Of a DNA stretch of 64,000 nucleotides, positions 13,650-25,416 are shown piece after piece (positions within the stretch are counted from its first letter, which is position 1; each line of letters begins with the position of its first letter). Source of the stretch: Pristiophorus japonicus. Taxonomy: Eukaryota. The stretch is taken from NCBI RefSeq assembly GCF_044704955.1, contig NC_091989.1:44702001-44766000 (forward strand), written 5' to 3'. The notes beneath the pieces are model-generated. The model was not told the origin of the DNA, did not search any database, and saw only the letters and a list, made by a program, of their open reading frames with translations. A program made the position numbers and the translations under genes.

Positions 13650-14400
13650 GGGCCGAAAATTCCGGCCTCGCTTGGTCCGTACGAAGTGTGCACGGACCCG
13701 GCGAGGCCTTGCAAAATCGTGGTTTTCGGGGCGCGATGTGCATGTGCTAGAGAGCGGCTTTTCCGATCTGTCAAGATTGCTCCATACAGATCCTCCGCAT
13801 CCCCGGGAGAAGGACATCCGCGCGGGAGAGATTGGGCTACTTGCCCAACTCATGCCCAGCGAATGTCCTTCAAACTTTTACGCCTGGTAAAAGCAGGCGC
13901 ATAGCTTACTCTTACCGGCGTAAGAGTTTTAAAAAGTATAAAACTTCAAATTAAACCCTCATTTTTATATTTAAAAATCCTGTCCATTAAAGTAAGTTTA
14001 TTTTTAACACTATTAAAACGCATTAAAAAAATTACAAAAAATATTTATTTTTTCTAAAACATTTAATTACATTTCATTTCAATTAATTTTAAATATATGC
14101 AATGTTTTTTTTATTTATTATGCTGTGTTTTGGTGTTTTAGGGGATTTTGTCATTGATAATAATGGGAGTATGCACAAACAGAGCTCCCATTTTTATCAG
14201 AGAATACTGCATAGTAATTGGTGGTCCAGGCCCACGTGACTCCAGCTTGTACATATGTACCTGAAAGGAATCTCTCCATGCGTTGTGCAGTGAATCTAGG
14301 CCTCCGACCAGATCTCTACATTCCTCTGGGTACGTTTGTAATTTTTTTCCGGGTCGGAGGCATTCGCACAAAGGAAGCCCCCAGCCGCAATTTTCCCCCC
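13650..14400. mobile_element. Harbinger-type MITE family A, 751 bp
   Basis: TIR gggccgaaaatt / aattttcccccc; flanks ATT/AAT; interrupts CR1 at MKGK|CLTNLL; homologous to the 21767 and 56164 copies. Confidence 0.85.
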
Positions 14401-14882
14401 AATGTTTAACAAATCTGTTAGAGTATTTTGAGGTTGGAACTAGTAGAATAGATAAGGGGGAACCAGTGGATGTAGTGTATTTGGATTTTCAGAAGGCATT
14501 TAATAATGTGCCACGGGATTTGGGGTAATATACTAGCATAGATTGAGGATTGGTTAATGGACAGAAAACAAAGGAATAAATGGGTCATTTTCAGATTGGC
14601 AGGCTTTAATTAGTGGGGTGCCAAAAGGATTGGTGCTTGGGCCCAGCTATTCACAAGCTATATCAATGATTTGGATGAAGGGACTCAGTATAATGTATCG
14701 AAGTTTACTGATGATACAAAGCTACATAAGAACGTAAGAAATATAAGCAGGAGTAGGCCATACAGTCCCTCGAGCCTGCTCCACCATTTAATACAGTCAT
14801 AGCTGATCCGATCAAGGACTCAGGTCCACTTCCATGCCCGTTCCCTATAACTCCTTATTCCCTTATCGGTTAAGAAACTGTC

Positions 14883-17800
14883 TGTAGTGTATGGAGAAAG
14901 AGTCAGACTGAATACTGTGAGTTCAAAGTAAAGTGTGACCTTAGTCTTTTATTGCAGGTCTCCAGAGTGCCTCTCCAACCTGTGAAACACTCTTAAATAC
15001 CTGTGCTCCCAAGGAATTATGAGGTCCCTTGGGACTCCGGGAAATGAGCCCTCTGGTGGCTGTACAGAGTATATACAAGTCCAGATACAAAACAACATTC
15101 CCCCCAAAAGTCAATAGTGTAACTATTTACAATGTGAGTCGATCTGGGGCCCTTCTTGCCCTGGTTGATCGGCTCGGTGTGAAAGCTGGTGTTGTTGAGT
15201 CATTTGTTGGGCCCTCACTGGGCTGCTGTGCAGCTGGCCTTGCTGGGCTACCTGATGCGTTGGGCCCTGAAGGGCTGCTGTGGATGATGGGTTTTGCTTC
15301 GTGGTCAACCATGGTGCCGGTTGCCACTGGTGTGTGTGTTGGGGATCAAAAAGGGTGGGGTCCAAGGTGGGTTGCTCAGGGTAGTCTGTGAATCTGAGTT
15401 TAATTTGGTCCAAGTGTTTCCAGTGAATGAGTCCATTTGAAAGTTTGACCCAAAACACCCTGCTCCCCTCTTTGGCCAAGACTGTGCCGGGAAGCCACTT
15501 GGGATCTTGCCCATAATTTAATACAAATGCAGGATCATTGACTTCAATTTCGAGTGACACATTTGCTCTATCATGGTATGCACTTTGTTGAAGCCGCCTG
15601 CTCTCTACCTGTTCATGTAGATCAGGGTGAACTAATAAGAGCCTTGTCTTAAGTGCTCTTTTCATGAGCAGTTCAGCAGGTGGGATCCCAGTGAGTGAGT
15701 GTGGTCTCGTGCGGTAGCTAAGCAGGACTCGGGATAGGCGAGTCTGCAGTGAGCCTTCAGTTACTCTCTTCAAGCCTTGCTTGATGGTTTGCACTGCTCT
15801 CTCTGCCTGACAATTAGACGCTGGTTTAAACGGGGCAGATGTGACATGTTTGATCCCGTTACGGGTCATAACTTCTTTGAACTCAGCACTGGTAAAACAT
15901 GGCCCGTTGTCACTCACCAGGCCATCGGGTAAGCCATGTGTGGCAAACATGACCTGCAGGCTTTCAATGGTGGCAGCGGACGTGCTAGCCGACATTATCT
16001 CACATTCAATCCACTTGGAGTACGCGTCTACAACCACAAGGAATATTTTACCCAAGAACGGGCCTGCATAGTCGACGTGTACCCTAGACCACGGTTTGGA
16101 GGACCAAGACCATAAACTTAGCGGCGCCTCCCTGGGTACGTTGCTTAACCGCGAGCGTGTATTACATCTGTGAACACAGGACTCTTAAGTCCGCATCGAT
16201 ACCGGGCCACCACACATGGGATCTGGCTATCGCTTTCATCATTACGATGCCTGGGTGGGTACTGTGGAGGTCATTGATGAAGGTGTCTCTGCCCTTCTTG
16301 TGGGCCACCAATCGATTGCCCCACAGAAGGCAGTCTGCTTGTATAGACATTTCATCTTTGCGCCACTGGAATGGCTTTACCTCTTCCTGCACTTCCACTG
16401 GGACACTGGACCAACTCCCGTGAAGCACACTGCTTTTGACGAGAGATAATAAGGGGTCCTGGCTTGTCCAGGATTTGATCTGCCGGGCAGTGATGGGTGA
16501 TTGCTCACTCTCAAATGCTTCCATAACCATGGCTAGATCTGCGGGCTGCGCCATTTCCACCCCCGTGGTGGGCAATGGCAGCCGACTGAGAGCATCAGCG
16601 CAGTTTTCTGTGCCTGGCCTGTGGCGGATGGCTTAGTTGTATGCGGACAACGTAAGCGCCCATCTCTGGATGCGGGTCGATGCGTTGGTATTTATCCCTT
16701 TGCTCTCAGAAAACAAGGATATTAGTGGTTTATGGTCAGTTTCCAATTCGAATTTTAGCCCAAACAGGTATTGATGCATTTTCTTTACCCCATAGACACA
16801 CGCTAATGATTCTTTTTCAATCATGCTGCAGGCTCTCTCGGCCTTATACAGACTCGTGGATGCATAAGCAACCGGTTGCAGTTTCCGGAAATCATTAGTT
16901 TGTTGCAATACACACCCGCGCCATGTGACGATGCATCACATGCTAGTACCAAACGCTTACATGGATCATACAACACAAGCAATTTGTTTCAGCATAACAA
17001 TTATCTCACTTTTACAAAGGCATTTTCTTGGATTTGCCCGAAACCCATTCGCCCCCTTTTCGTAGTAAGACATGTAGTGGTTCTAGCAGGGTGCTGAGAC
17101 CCGGTAAGAAGTTACCAAAGTAGTTCAAGAGTCCCAGGAACGACCGCAGCTCCGTCACGTTCTGTGGCCTCGGTGCATTCTCGATTGCTTCCGTCTTCAC
17201 GTTGGTGGGCCTGATGCCGTCCGCCACAATCCTACATCCCAAGAACTCCACTTCAGGCACCAGGAAAACGCACTTTGAGCGTCTTAACCTGAACCTCACG
17301 CGGTTGAGCCGACTAAGAACCTCCTCCAGGTTTTGCAGATGCTCGACTATGTTTCGACCTGTGACCAAGATGTCGTCCTGGAAGACCACAGTGTGCAGGA
17401 CTGACTTCAGTAAACTTTCCATGTTTCTCTGGAATATCGCCACCGCTGATCAGATTCCAAATGGGCATCTGTTATAAACAAAAAGACCTTTGTGTGTGTT
17501 GATGCAGGTGAGGGCGTTCGATGATTCCTCCAGTTCCTGCGTCATGTAGGCAGAGGTCAGATCCAGCTTCATGAACATCTTTCCTCCCACCAGCGTTGCA
17601 AAGAGGTCGTCGGCTTTTTGAAGTGGGTATTGGTCCTGCAGGGAGAAATAATTGATAGTTACTTTGTAATCGCCACAGATTCTGACGGTGCTGTCTCCCT
17701 TGAGGACTAGGACAATAGGACTGGCCCATTTGCTGAACTCGATCGGTGAGATGATGCCCTCTCTTGGTAGCTGGTCGAGTTCGATTTCTACCCTTTCTCT

Positions 17801-19353
17801 CATCATGTACGGTACTGCTCTCGCCTTGTGATGGATGGGTCGCGCCCCCGGAATTAAGTGGATCTGCACTTTTGCTCCTTGGAATTTCCCGATGCCTGGT
17901 TCGAACAGCGAAGGAAATTTGTTTAAGACCTGTGCACACGAAATGTCATCAGCGGGCGATAGCGCTCGGATGTCGTCCCAGTTCCAGCGTATCTTTCCCA
18001 GCCAGCTCCTGCTGAGCAGCGTGGGACCAGCGCCCATTACCACACAGAGTGGCAGTTTGTGCACCGCTCCATCATAGGAGACCTTTACGGTGACACTGCC
18101 GATTACAGGAATCAGTTCTTTCATGTAAGTTATTAGTATTGTGCGAGTTGGAGTTAAGACTGGCCTTGAGGCCTTGTTGCACCACAACCTTTCGAATGTC
18201 TTTTTGCCCATGATGGACTGGCTCACGCCCGTATCCAGCTCTATTGACACCGGGAGTCCATTTAATTCAACCTTCATCATTATCGGGGGGACAATTTGTG
18301 GTGAATGTGTGCACCCCATGTACCTCTGTCTCTTCTATCAGAGGTTCTGTTTCATCGTGATCCTCCGTTGATCTGTCCTCCTCTGCAACATGGTGGTTTG
18401 CAGGTTTACCAGTCCTAGCAGCTCGCCTGCACACTTGTTGGAGGTGTCCCATTGTTCCACAACCCTTGCAAACGTACCCTTTGAATCGTCAGGAATGGAA
18501 ACGATGATCACCCCCGCAGCGCCAACAAGGTGTTAATGGCCTTGCATTCATCACCCTTGATGGTGGACTCTGAGACATTTGCGGACGTGTAGCTGCAGGT
18601 ATGTGTGACCTGCCCTGTCCGTTACGATTCAAAAACAACATCACTTTGTTCACAGTACTTGTAGCAGCATTTGTGTGCTGAGAGATTTGCTTAGTATTGT
18701 CACTGGTGGCAATGAACGCCTGGGCTATCGCTATGGCCTTACTCAAGGTTGGGGTCTCTACAGTCAAAAGTTTGCGAAGTATGGTTTTGTGGCCAATGCC
18801 AAGTACGAAAAAGTCTCTGAGCACGTGCTCCAAATGTCCTTCAAATTTGCAATGTCCTGCAAGGCGTCTTAGCTCGGCAACATAACTCGCCACTTCCTGG
18901 CCTTGATCTTTTGTAGGTGTGGAACCGGTACCTTGCCATCAGAACGCTTTCCTTTGGGTTCAAATGCTCTCGGACCAGTGTGCACAAATCGTCGTATGAT
19001 TTCTCCGTGGCTTTCGCTGGAGTAAGCAGATTCTTCATGAGGCCATACGTTGGTGCCTCACAGACGGCAAGGAGGATCGCTCTATGTTTGGCAGCGCTCT
19101 CTTCCACATCTAGCTCGTTGGCCACGAAGTATTGGTCGAGTCGCTCCACAAAAGTTTCCCAATCATCTCCCTCCGAGAATTTCTCCAGGATGCCCACTGT
19201 TCTCTGCATCTTTGGGTTCGCTATCTGTATCTCGTCACCAGTTGTAGTGTATGGAGAAAGAGTCAGACTGAAGGATTATGAGATCCCTTGGGACTCCAGG
19301 GAATGAGTCCTCTGGTGGCTATATGGAGTATAGACAAGTCCAGATACATAACA
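14883..19353 (-). mobile_element. Gypsy/Ty3 LTR retrotransposon, near complete but frameshifted (gag-PR-RT-RH-IN)
   Basis: TG..CA LTRs 14883-15094 and 19243-19353; TSD CTGTC; PBS tggtgacgag; PPT ggggggaatgt; gag zinc knuckle, LDTG, FQDD, TDHKPL, VDAYSKW, SDNG. Confidence 0.95.
15123..19209 (-). pseudogene. Gypsy gag-pol pseudogene (integrase 15123-16575, RNase H 16633-16908, PR/RT 17012-18319, gag 18489-19209)
   Basis: Domain order PR-RT-RH-IN in the ORF track; multiple frameshifts and stops. Confidence 0.9.
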
Positions 19354-21766
19354 CTGTCTATCTCTGTCTTTAATTTATTCAATGTCCCAAATTCCACAGC
19401 TTTCTGAGGCAACGAATTCCAGTGATTTACAACCATCTGAGAGAAGAAATTCCTCCTCATCTCTGTTTTAAATGGGCGGCACCTTGTTCTAAGATTATGC
19501 CCCCTAGTTCTAGTCTCCCGTATCAGTTGAAACATCCTCTCTGCATCCACCTTGTCAAGCCCCTTCATAATCTTATATGTTTCGATAAGATCACCTCTCA
19601 TTCTTCTGAATTCTAATGAGTAGAGGCCCAATCTACTCAACCTTTCCTCATAAGTCTACCCCCTCATCTTCGGAATCAACCTAGTGAACCTTCTCTGAAC
19701 TGCTTCCAATGCAAATATATCCTTTTTAAATATGGAAATCAAACCTGCACGCAGTATTCCAGGTGTGGCCTCACCAATATCCTGTATGACTGCAGGAAGA
19801 CTTCCGTGTTTTTATATTCCATCCCCTTTGCAATAAAGGCCAAGATTCCATTGGCCTTCCTGATCACTTGCTGTACCTGCATACTAACCTTTTGTGTTTC
19901 ATGCACAATTACCCCCAGGTTCCGCTGTACTGCAGCAATTTGCAATTTTTCTCCTTTGAAATAATAACTTGCTCTTTGATTTTTTCTGCCAAAGTGCATA
20001 GCCTCCCACTTTCCAACATTATACTCCATCTGCCAAATTTTTGTCCACTCACTTAGCCTGTCTATGTCCTTTTGCAGATTTTTTGTGTCCTCCTCACACA
20101 TTGCTTTTCCTCCCACCTTTGTATCGTCAGCAAACTTGGCTACATTACACTCGGTCCCTGCTTCCAGGTCATTCATATAGATTGTAAATAGTTGGGGTCC
20201 CAGCACTGATCCCTGCGGCACCCCACTAGTTACTGATTGCCAACCAGAGAATGAACCATTTATCCCGACTCTCTGTTTTCTGTTAATTAGCCAATCCTCT
20301 ATCCTTGCTAATATATTACCCCCAAACCCGTGAACTTTTATCTTGTGCAGTAACCTTTTATGTGGCACCTTGTCAAATGCCTTCTGGAAGTCCAAATACA
20401 CTACATCCATTGGTTCCCCTTTAACCACCCTGTTCGTTACATCCTCAAAAAATTTCAGCAAATTTGTCAAACATGACTTCCCTTTCATAAATCCATGCTG
20501 ACTCTGCCTGACTGAATTATGTTTTTCCAAATGTCCTGTTATTGCTTCTTTAATAATGGACTCCAACATTTTCCCAACCACAGATGTTAGGCTTAGGTCT
20601 ATAGTTTCCTGCTTTTTGTCTGCCTCCTATTTTAAATAGGGGCGTTACATTTGCAGTTTTCCAATCTGCTGGGACCTCCCCAGAATCCAGGAAATTTTGG
20701 TAAATTAAAAGCAATGCATCCACCATCCCTGCCGCTACTTCTCTTAAGACCCTAAGATGCAAGCCATCGGGTCCAGGGCATTTATCCGCCTTTAGTCCCA
20801 TTATCTTACTGAATACCACATCCTTAGTGATTGTGATTTTTTTAATTCCTCCCCTCCTATAACCCCTTGACTATCCACTGTTGGGCTAGGTGGGAATGTA
20901 AATTTTAAGGAGGATGCAAAGAGGCTTCAAGGGGATATATACAGGCTTAGTGAATGGGCAAGAATATGGCAAATGGAATATAATGTGGAGAAATGTGAAT
21001 TTATCCACTTTGGTAGGAAAAATAGAAAAGCAAAGTATTTTTTAAATGGTGAAAGATTTGGAAATGTTGGTGTTCAATGGGACCTGGGTATCGTTGTACA
21101 CGAATGACTGAAAGTTAGCATGCAGGTACAGCAAGCAGTTAAGAAAGCAAATGGTATGTTGAGCTTTATTACAAGAGGATTTGAGTATATGAGTAAATAC
21201 ATCTTGTTGCAATTATATAGAGCCCTGGTGAGAACGTACCTGGAGTATTGTGTGCAGTTTTATCTCCTTAACTAAGGAAGGATATACTTGCCATAAAGGG
21301 AGCGCAACGAACGTTCACCAGACTGATTCCTGGGATGAGGGGATTGTCCTATGAGGAGAGATTGAGTAGACTAGGCCTATATTTTCTAGAGTTTAGAAAA
21401 ATGAGAGGTGACCTAATTGAAACATACAACATTCTTACAGGGCTAGACAAGGTAGATGCAGGGAGGATGTCTCCTCTGGCTGGGGAATCTAGAACCAGTG
21501 GTCACAGTCTCAGAATAAGGGGTTGGCCATTTAGGACTGAGATGAGGAGAAATTTCTTCACTCAGTGGGTGGTGAATCTTTGGAATTCTCTACCCCAGTG
21601 GAGGCTCAGTATTTGAGTATATTCAAGACAGAGATCGATAGATTTTTGAGTATTAATAGAATCAAGGGATATGGGGACAGTGCAGGAAAGTGGAGTTGAG
21701 GTAGAAGATCAACCATGATCTTATTGAATCGAGGGGCCGAATAGCCTACTCCTGCTCCTAACTCTT

Positions 21767-22473
21767 GGGGCTAAAATTTCGGCCTCACTGGGTCCGGAAA
21801 ACCGGCATGCGCCGAAAACCGGTTTTTCCGATCTTTCAAGTTTTGGCTTGACAGATCGAACGCATCCCCAGGAGAAGGACATCGTGCGGGCGAGATTGGG
21901 CAATTTGTCCAACTCTTGCCCAGCGAATGTCCTTCAAACTCTTGTGCCTGGTGAAAGCAGGCGCATAGCCTACTTTTACCAGCATAAGCGTTTTAAAACA
22001 CATAAAAATAAAAATTAAAAACACAGTTTTATGTTAAAAACCCTGTCCACTAGGGTAAGTTTATTTTAAACCCTATCAAAACATTTTAAACAAAAAACCC
22101 CAAAATAGTTTTTTTTGTAAAACATTTAATGAACTTTAATTTCAATTAATTTTAATTATGTGAGGTGTGTTTTTGATTTTTTATGTTGTGTTTAGTGTGT
22201 TTGTTTTTTTCTCATTAATAGCAATAAGAGTTAGTAGATCCAGAGTTCTCAATGCTATTAATGAGAATACTGTACTTGATTGGTTGTACAGTCACACGTG
22301 ACTGCACTTTCTGCGTCCGAACGTCGAGGACGGGAGCGCACTCCAAAGATCGGGAAGAGAAGGCCTCCCCATCGGAATCGCAGGCACCTCTGGGACTACC
22401 AGGTAAATTTGTTAAAAATTCTCAGGTCAGAGGCATTCGTCCACAGGAAGCCTCCAACCAGAATTTCAGGCCC
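21767..22473. mobile_element. Harbinger-type MITE family A, 707 bp, TSD CTT, inserted in the CR1 tail
   Basis: TIR ggggctaaaatt / aatttcaggccc; CTT on both sides; host cctaactctt|atgttctt. Confidence 0.88.
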
Positions 22474-23094
22474 CTTATGTTCTTCTCCAGCAACCCTGGA
22501 AGTCAGGAAACTGAAACAACAGTATTATGGACTGGAATGCTGGAAAATCATGTTCTTATATAAATTATGTCACGTAGGCTTCATCTAAATATTGGAAAGA
22601 AGCATCTGTTTCAGGCAGGAGCTGTTTTGCCCATGTAATCCAGAACTGGAATGCATGCAATGAAGAAAATGATAGCAATCTGACATTATTGATCTCCGCC
22701 ATATTTTCCCAGTAGTAAGGTACACTTAACAGGCATTACTGATCATAAAATCAAACTCTGATATGTACTTCTAGCATTTTGCAAATATGAAGTCTTACTT
22801 CTAGCACATTGACTGTGTTCATATTTGCCATTTATTTTACAATATTAAATATACTCTAGAATGCAGTTTTACACACTATCTCCCACCAAACTACTACTGA
22901 GCTCAGAGTCATATCAATCTATGAGACATTGTTTGACAAACAGATCAGAAACTGAGGCCGAGAGAGTACCCAGAACCAGAGGTGGGTCACAGGAGATTGG
23001 ACAGTCATGCCTGTAGCTACAAGTAGTGAATAGTCAAAGTTACTGGATAACTTCCTCCAAAGTAATAGTTATATATAAAACCGAATACACTCAC

Positions 23095-23155
23095 CTCAAT
23101 GCTTGGTCTATCTTTCTCTTTCAGAAAATGTTTCTGATTTAATTTTTTTCCCCAC
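23095..23155 (-). CDS. Candidate 61-bp host exon (xWGKKLNQKHFLKEKDRPSIE), gene unknown
   Basis: Minus strand tatag| ... GAG|gtgagt in apparently unique DNA with an open frame; weak polypyrimidine tract. Confidence 0.25.
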
Positions 23156-23985
23156 CTATATTTAAATTGAACAGAGCCACCCTTGGGAGTCTCACCCATT
23201 TTATGTTAATTACTCTTTTTTCCAGCTGGTCTAACAAAGACAATTTGCAGCAGTTCCCGCTATCTGCGTCCAACGACACCATGTCCGCTGTTTTTTTATG
23301 GTTCTAGCTCTGCACTTCAATTTACCAACAACACAACAGCCATTACCATGTCCGAATTACTGCATGTTTCAATAAAATGCACTGTTATTGGCTCCAAAGC
23401 TGGTGATAGGCAATGATACTTCCTCTTGGATGATACTTTTGATTTTGCCTTTAATTGAATTACCCTCAGCTAAGCATGGTTCATCCCATTGTGAACCCAT
23501 TGCAGAGCATACAATTTAAAACCATATGGCTAACTCAGCATGTCCCCAGCAAATGAACCACGATTTCCACCTTGAGAGTGGCAATGCTAGTTTGGGAAAC
23601 ATTGGGATGTGATAACTTTTTTTGATAGTGTGCCAGTATCCCACTACACTGTGTCAACCAGGATGATTAAAATATATCAGAAAGAAATCCAGTATAAATG
23701 TGATTACATTTATTCAAGCAAACTCATTTCTATTTGTACAAATTTTGCTGCGCTGCTGCTCAAATTGAAATCGGGTACTGCTGATATAATGGGTTGAACA
23801 TTTTATTGCATTTTCCTCCACTTATCCACAGTTGAATTCCTCTGTATAAATTATCATGGCTTTTTAGCTACAGCAATAAGTATTAAAGATTTTTAAGACT
23901 GTTCCAAACCTGATGAACAACTGAAGCAACATCAATATAGGTTGTTATTTGTTACATAAATTACGATCATATGTATGAAATATTG

Positions 23986-24140
23986 GGGGTGGAATTCTAC
24001 TTTGGCCGGGGTGCAACATGGGCCTGTTACACTGCCGACCCCATTGACTTCAAAGCAGAATAAAACAGGGTGTGATGTATAATGGGCAGCCCATCTGATA
24101 TCGTCCATTTTGTACCACATTCGAAGTAGAATTTTATCAC
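23986..24140. mobile_element. Small (about 155 bp) TIR element
   Basis: aattctactt at the left and aagtagaatt at the right. Confidence 0.55.
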
Positions 24141-24536
24141 TGGACCAAGATTATGAGCCCTTCCGCTTAACTATCATTACTAATATTCTTCATTGAAAAG
24201 TCAAAAGACACTTAATCAGCTGAGCCTGCAATTCGAATATGACAAGAGAAGAATTAATATTAAAAAGTGAGCAATGAAGACTGATGAGGTGACTTACAAT
24301 TCCAAAAGCACGTCTACAGTTTGTTTATCTTGTAACCATCCACACTTGAATGGTGCATGGTAAAATCTGTTAGCTTTGACAAAGGAAAGCTAGCTTTACT
24401 TGGGAAATTATGTTAACAGATCTCATCAGATCATTTTTAAATGTATGAAGACAGAGTTTATCTAAATGGGATAGAAACTAAATATTTTGCAGAATGTCTG
24501 GTAGGTGTCAGTAGCTGGAAGGAAGTGGACATACTG

Positions 24537-24790
24537 GGTCTGAAATCCTGGTTTTGGGCTTCCCTTGGGCACTCGCCTGAAAATAAGAAAAAAGATCCAC
24601 ACCTACCTTTTGCTCCTGCGCCCTCCAGCGATTCCGGTCGGAGGCCTCCTCTTCCTGCACAATGTAGCGCGTTCACGTCTAAGAGATGTGGAGGGAGAAG
24701 CTGGAGTCACATGGCACTGGACAGCCAATCAAGGTACAGTATTCTCATTCATAATAATGACAATTCCGTAAGTAGGAATGAGAATCATTT
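24537..24790 (-). mobile_element. Degraded end of a MITE family A relative in reverse orientation
   Basis: gggtctgaaat TIR; cagccaatcaaggtacagtattctcatt is close to the reverse complement of the family A internal motif. Confidence 0.6.
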
Positions 24791-25416
24791 TAAAAGGGAC
24801 CTACCGCCGGGTGTCTAAAGCACCTGCCTGTTTCAAGTGATAGGCCCCTTTTAATGTGGAAATAGGGGTCCTACGACGTAAATAAAACAGTGATGGCCAT
24901 TTTAAGTAGGAGCTGGTTGGAGTCTGCCAATACCATGGCCAACAATCTCCAGCCTGAAAACTTACCTTCCTATACTCTGAAACTGGGACTGTGAGCAGTG
25001 CCGATTCCTAGTAAATTACTTCATGAAAAAATATAAATCGAGATTTTTTTTTAATACATTTACATGAGGAACGCCTGCAGTGAAATTCTCAACTGAGCAG
25101 AAAATATTTTTCAAACAAACCATTTACAAAACAATCTCACAAATATATTTGTTTCACTGTGTGAACTATCAAAATGACAGTTTACTGTGATTTAACTTTC
25201 AAATTTGGAAATGCTGACATGATGGCAAAAATGACAAATTGTTGGAGCAAAAATAACACAGCGAGGAGGCCAGGCTCTCATTGCGCTTGTCAGAAAATCA
25301 AATGCCACATTTAATTGGCTCCTCTAATAGCTAAGTGAGTTTATCGCGTGAGGGGCCAAACTAGACAGTCCAGGAAAGCTCCAGGTTTGATGCACAGCCC
25401 ATGCTAAAGTGGCATC

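Larger units (their letters stand above)
14725..20884 (-). mobile_element. CR1 LINE (5'-truncated) inserted in the host CR1 and itself interrupted by Gypsy
   Basis: Tail cataagaac at 14725; RT ORF 19739-20581; GCTA duplicated at 14721-14724 and 20885-20888. Confidence 0.9.
12075..22484 (+). mobile_element. Host CR1 LINE split into pieces (about 12075-12440, 13193-13649, 14401-14724, 20885-21766, 22474-22484)
   Basis: ORF2 sequence resumes collinearly across each insertion, e.g. gatacaaagcta|gctaggtggg and gggaaat...|aatgtttaacaaat; TTCTTATG tail. Confidence 0.9.
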
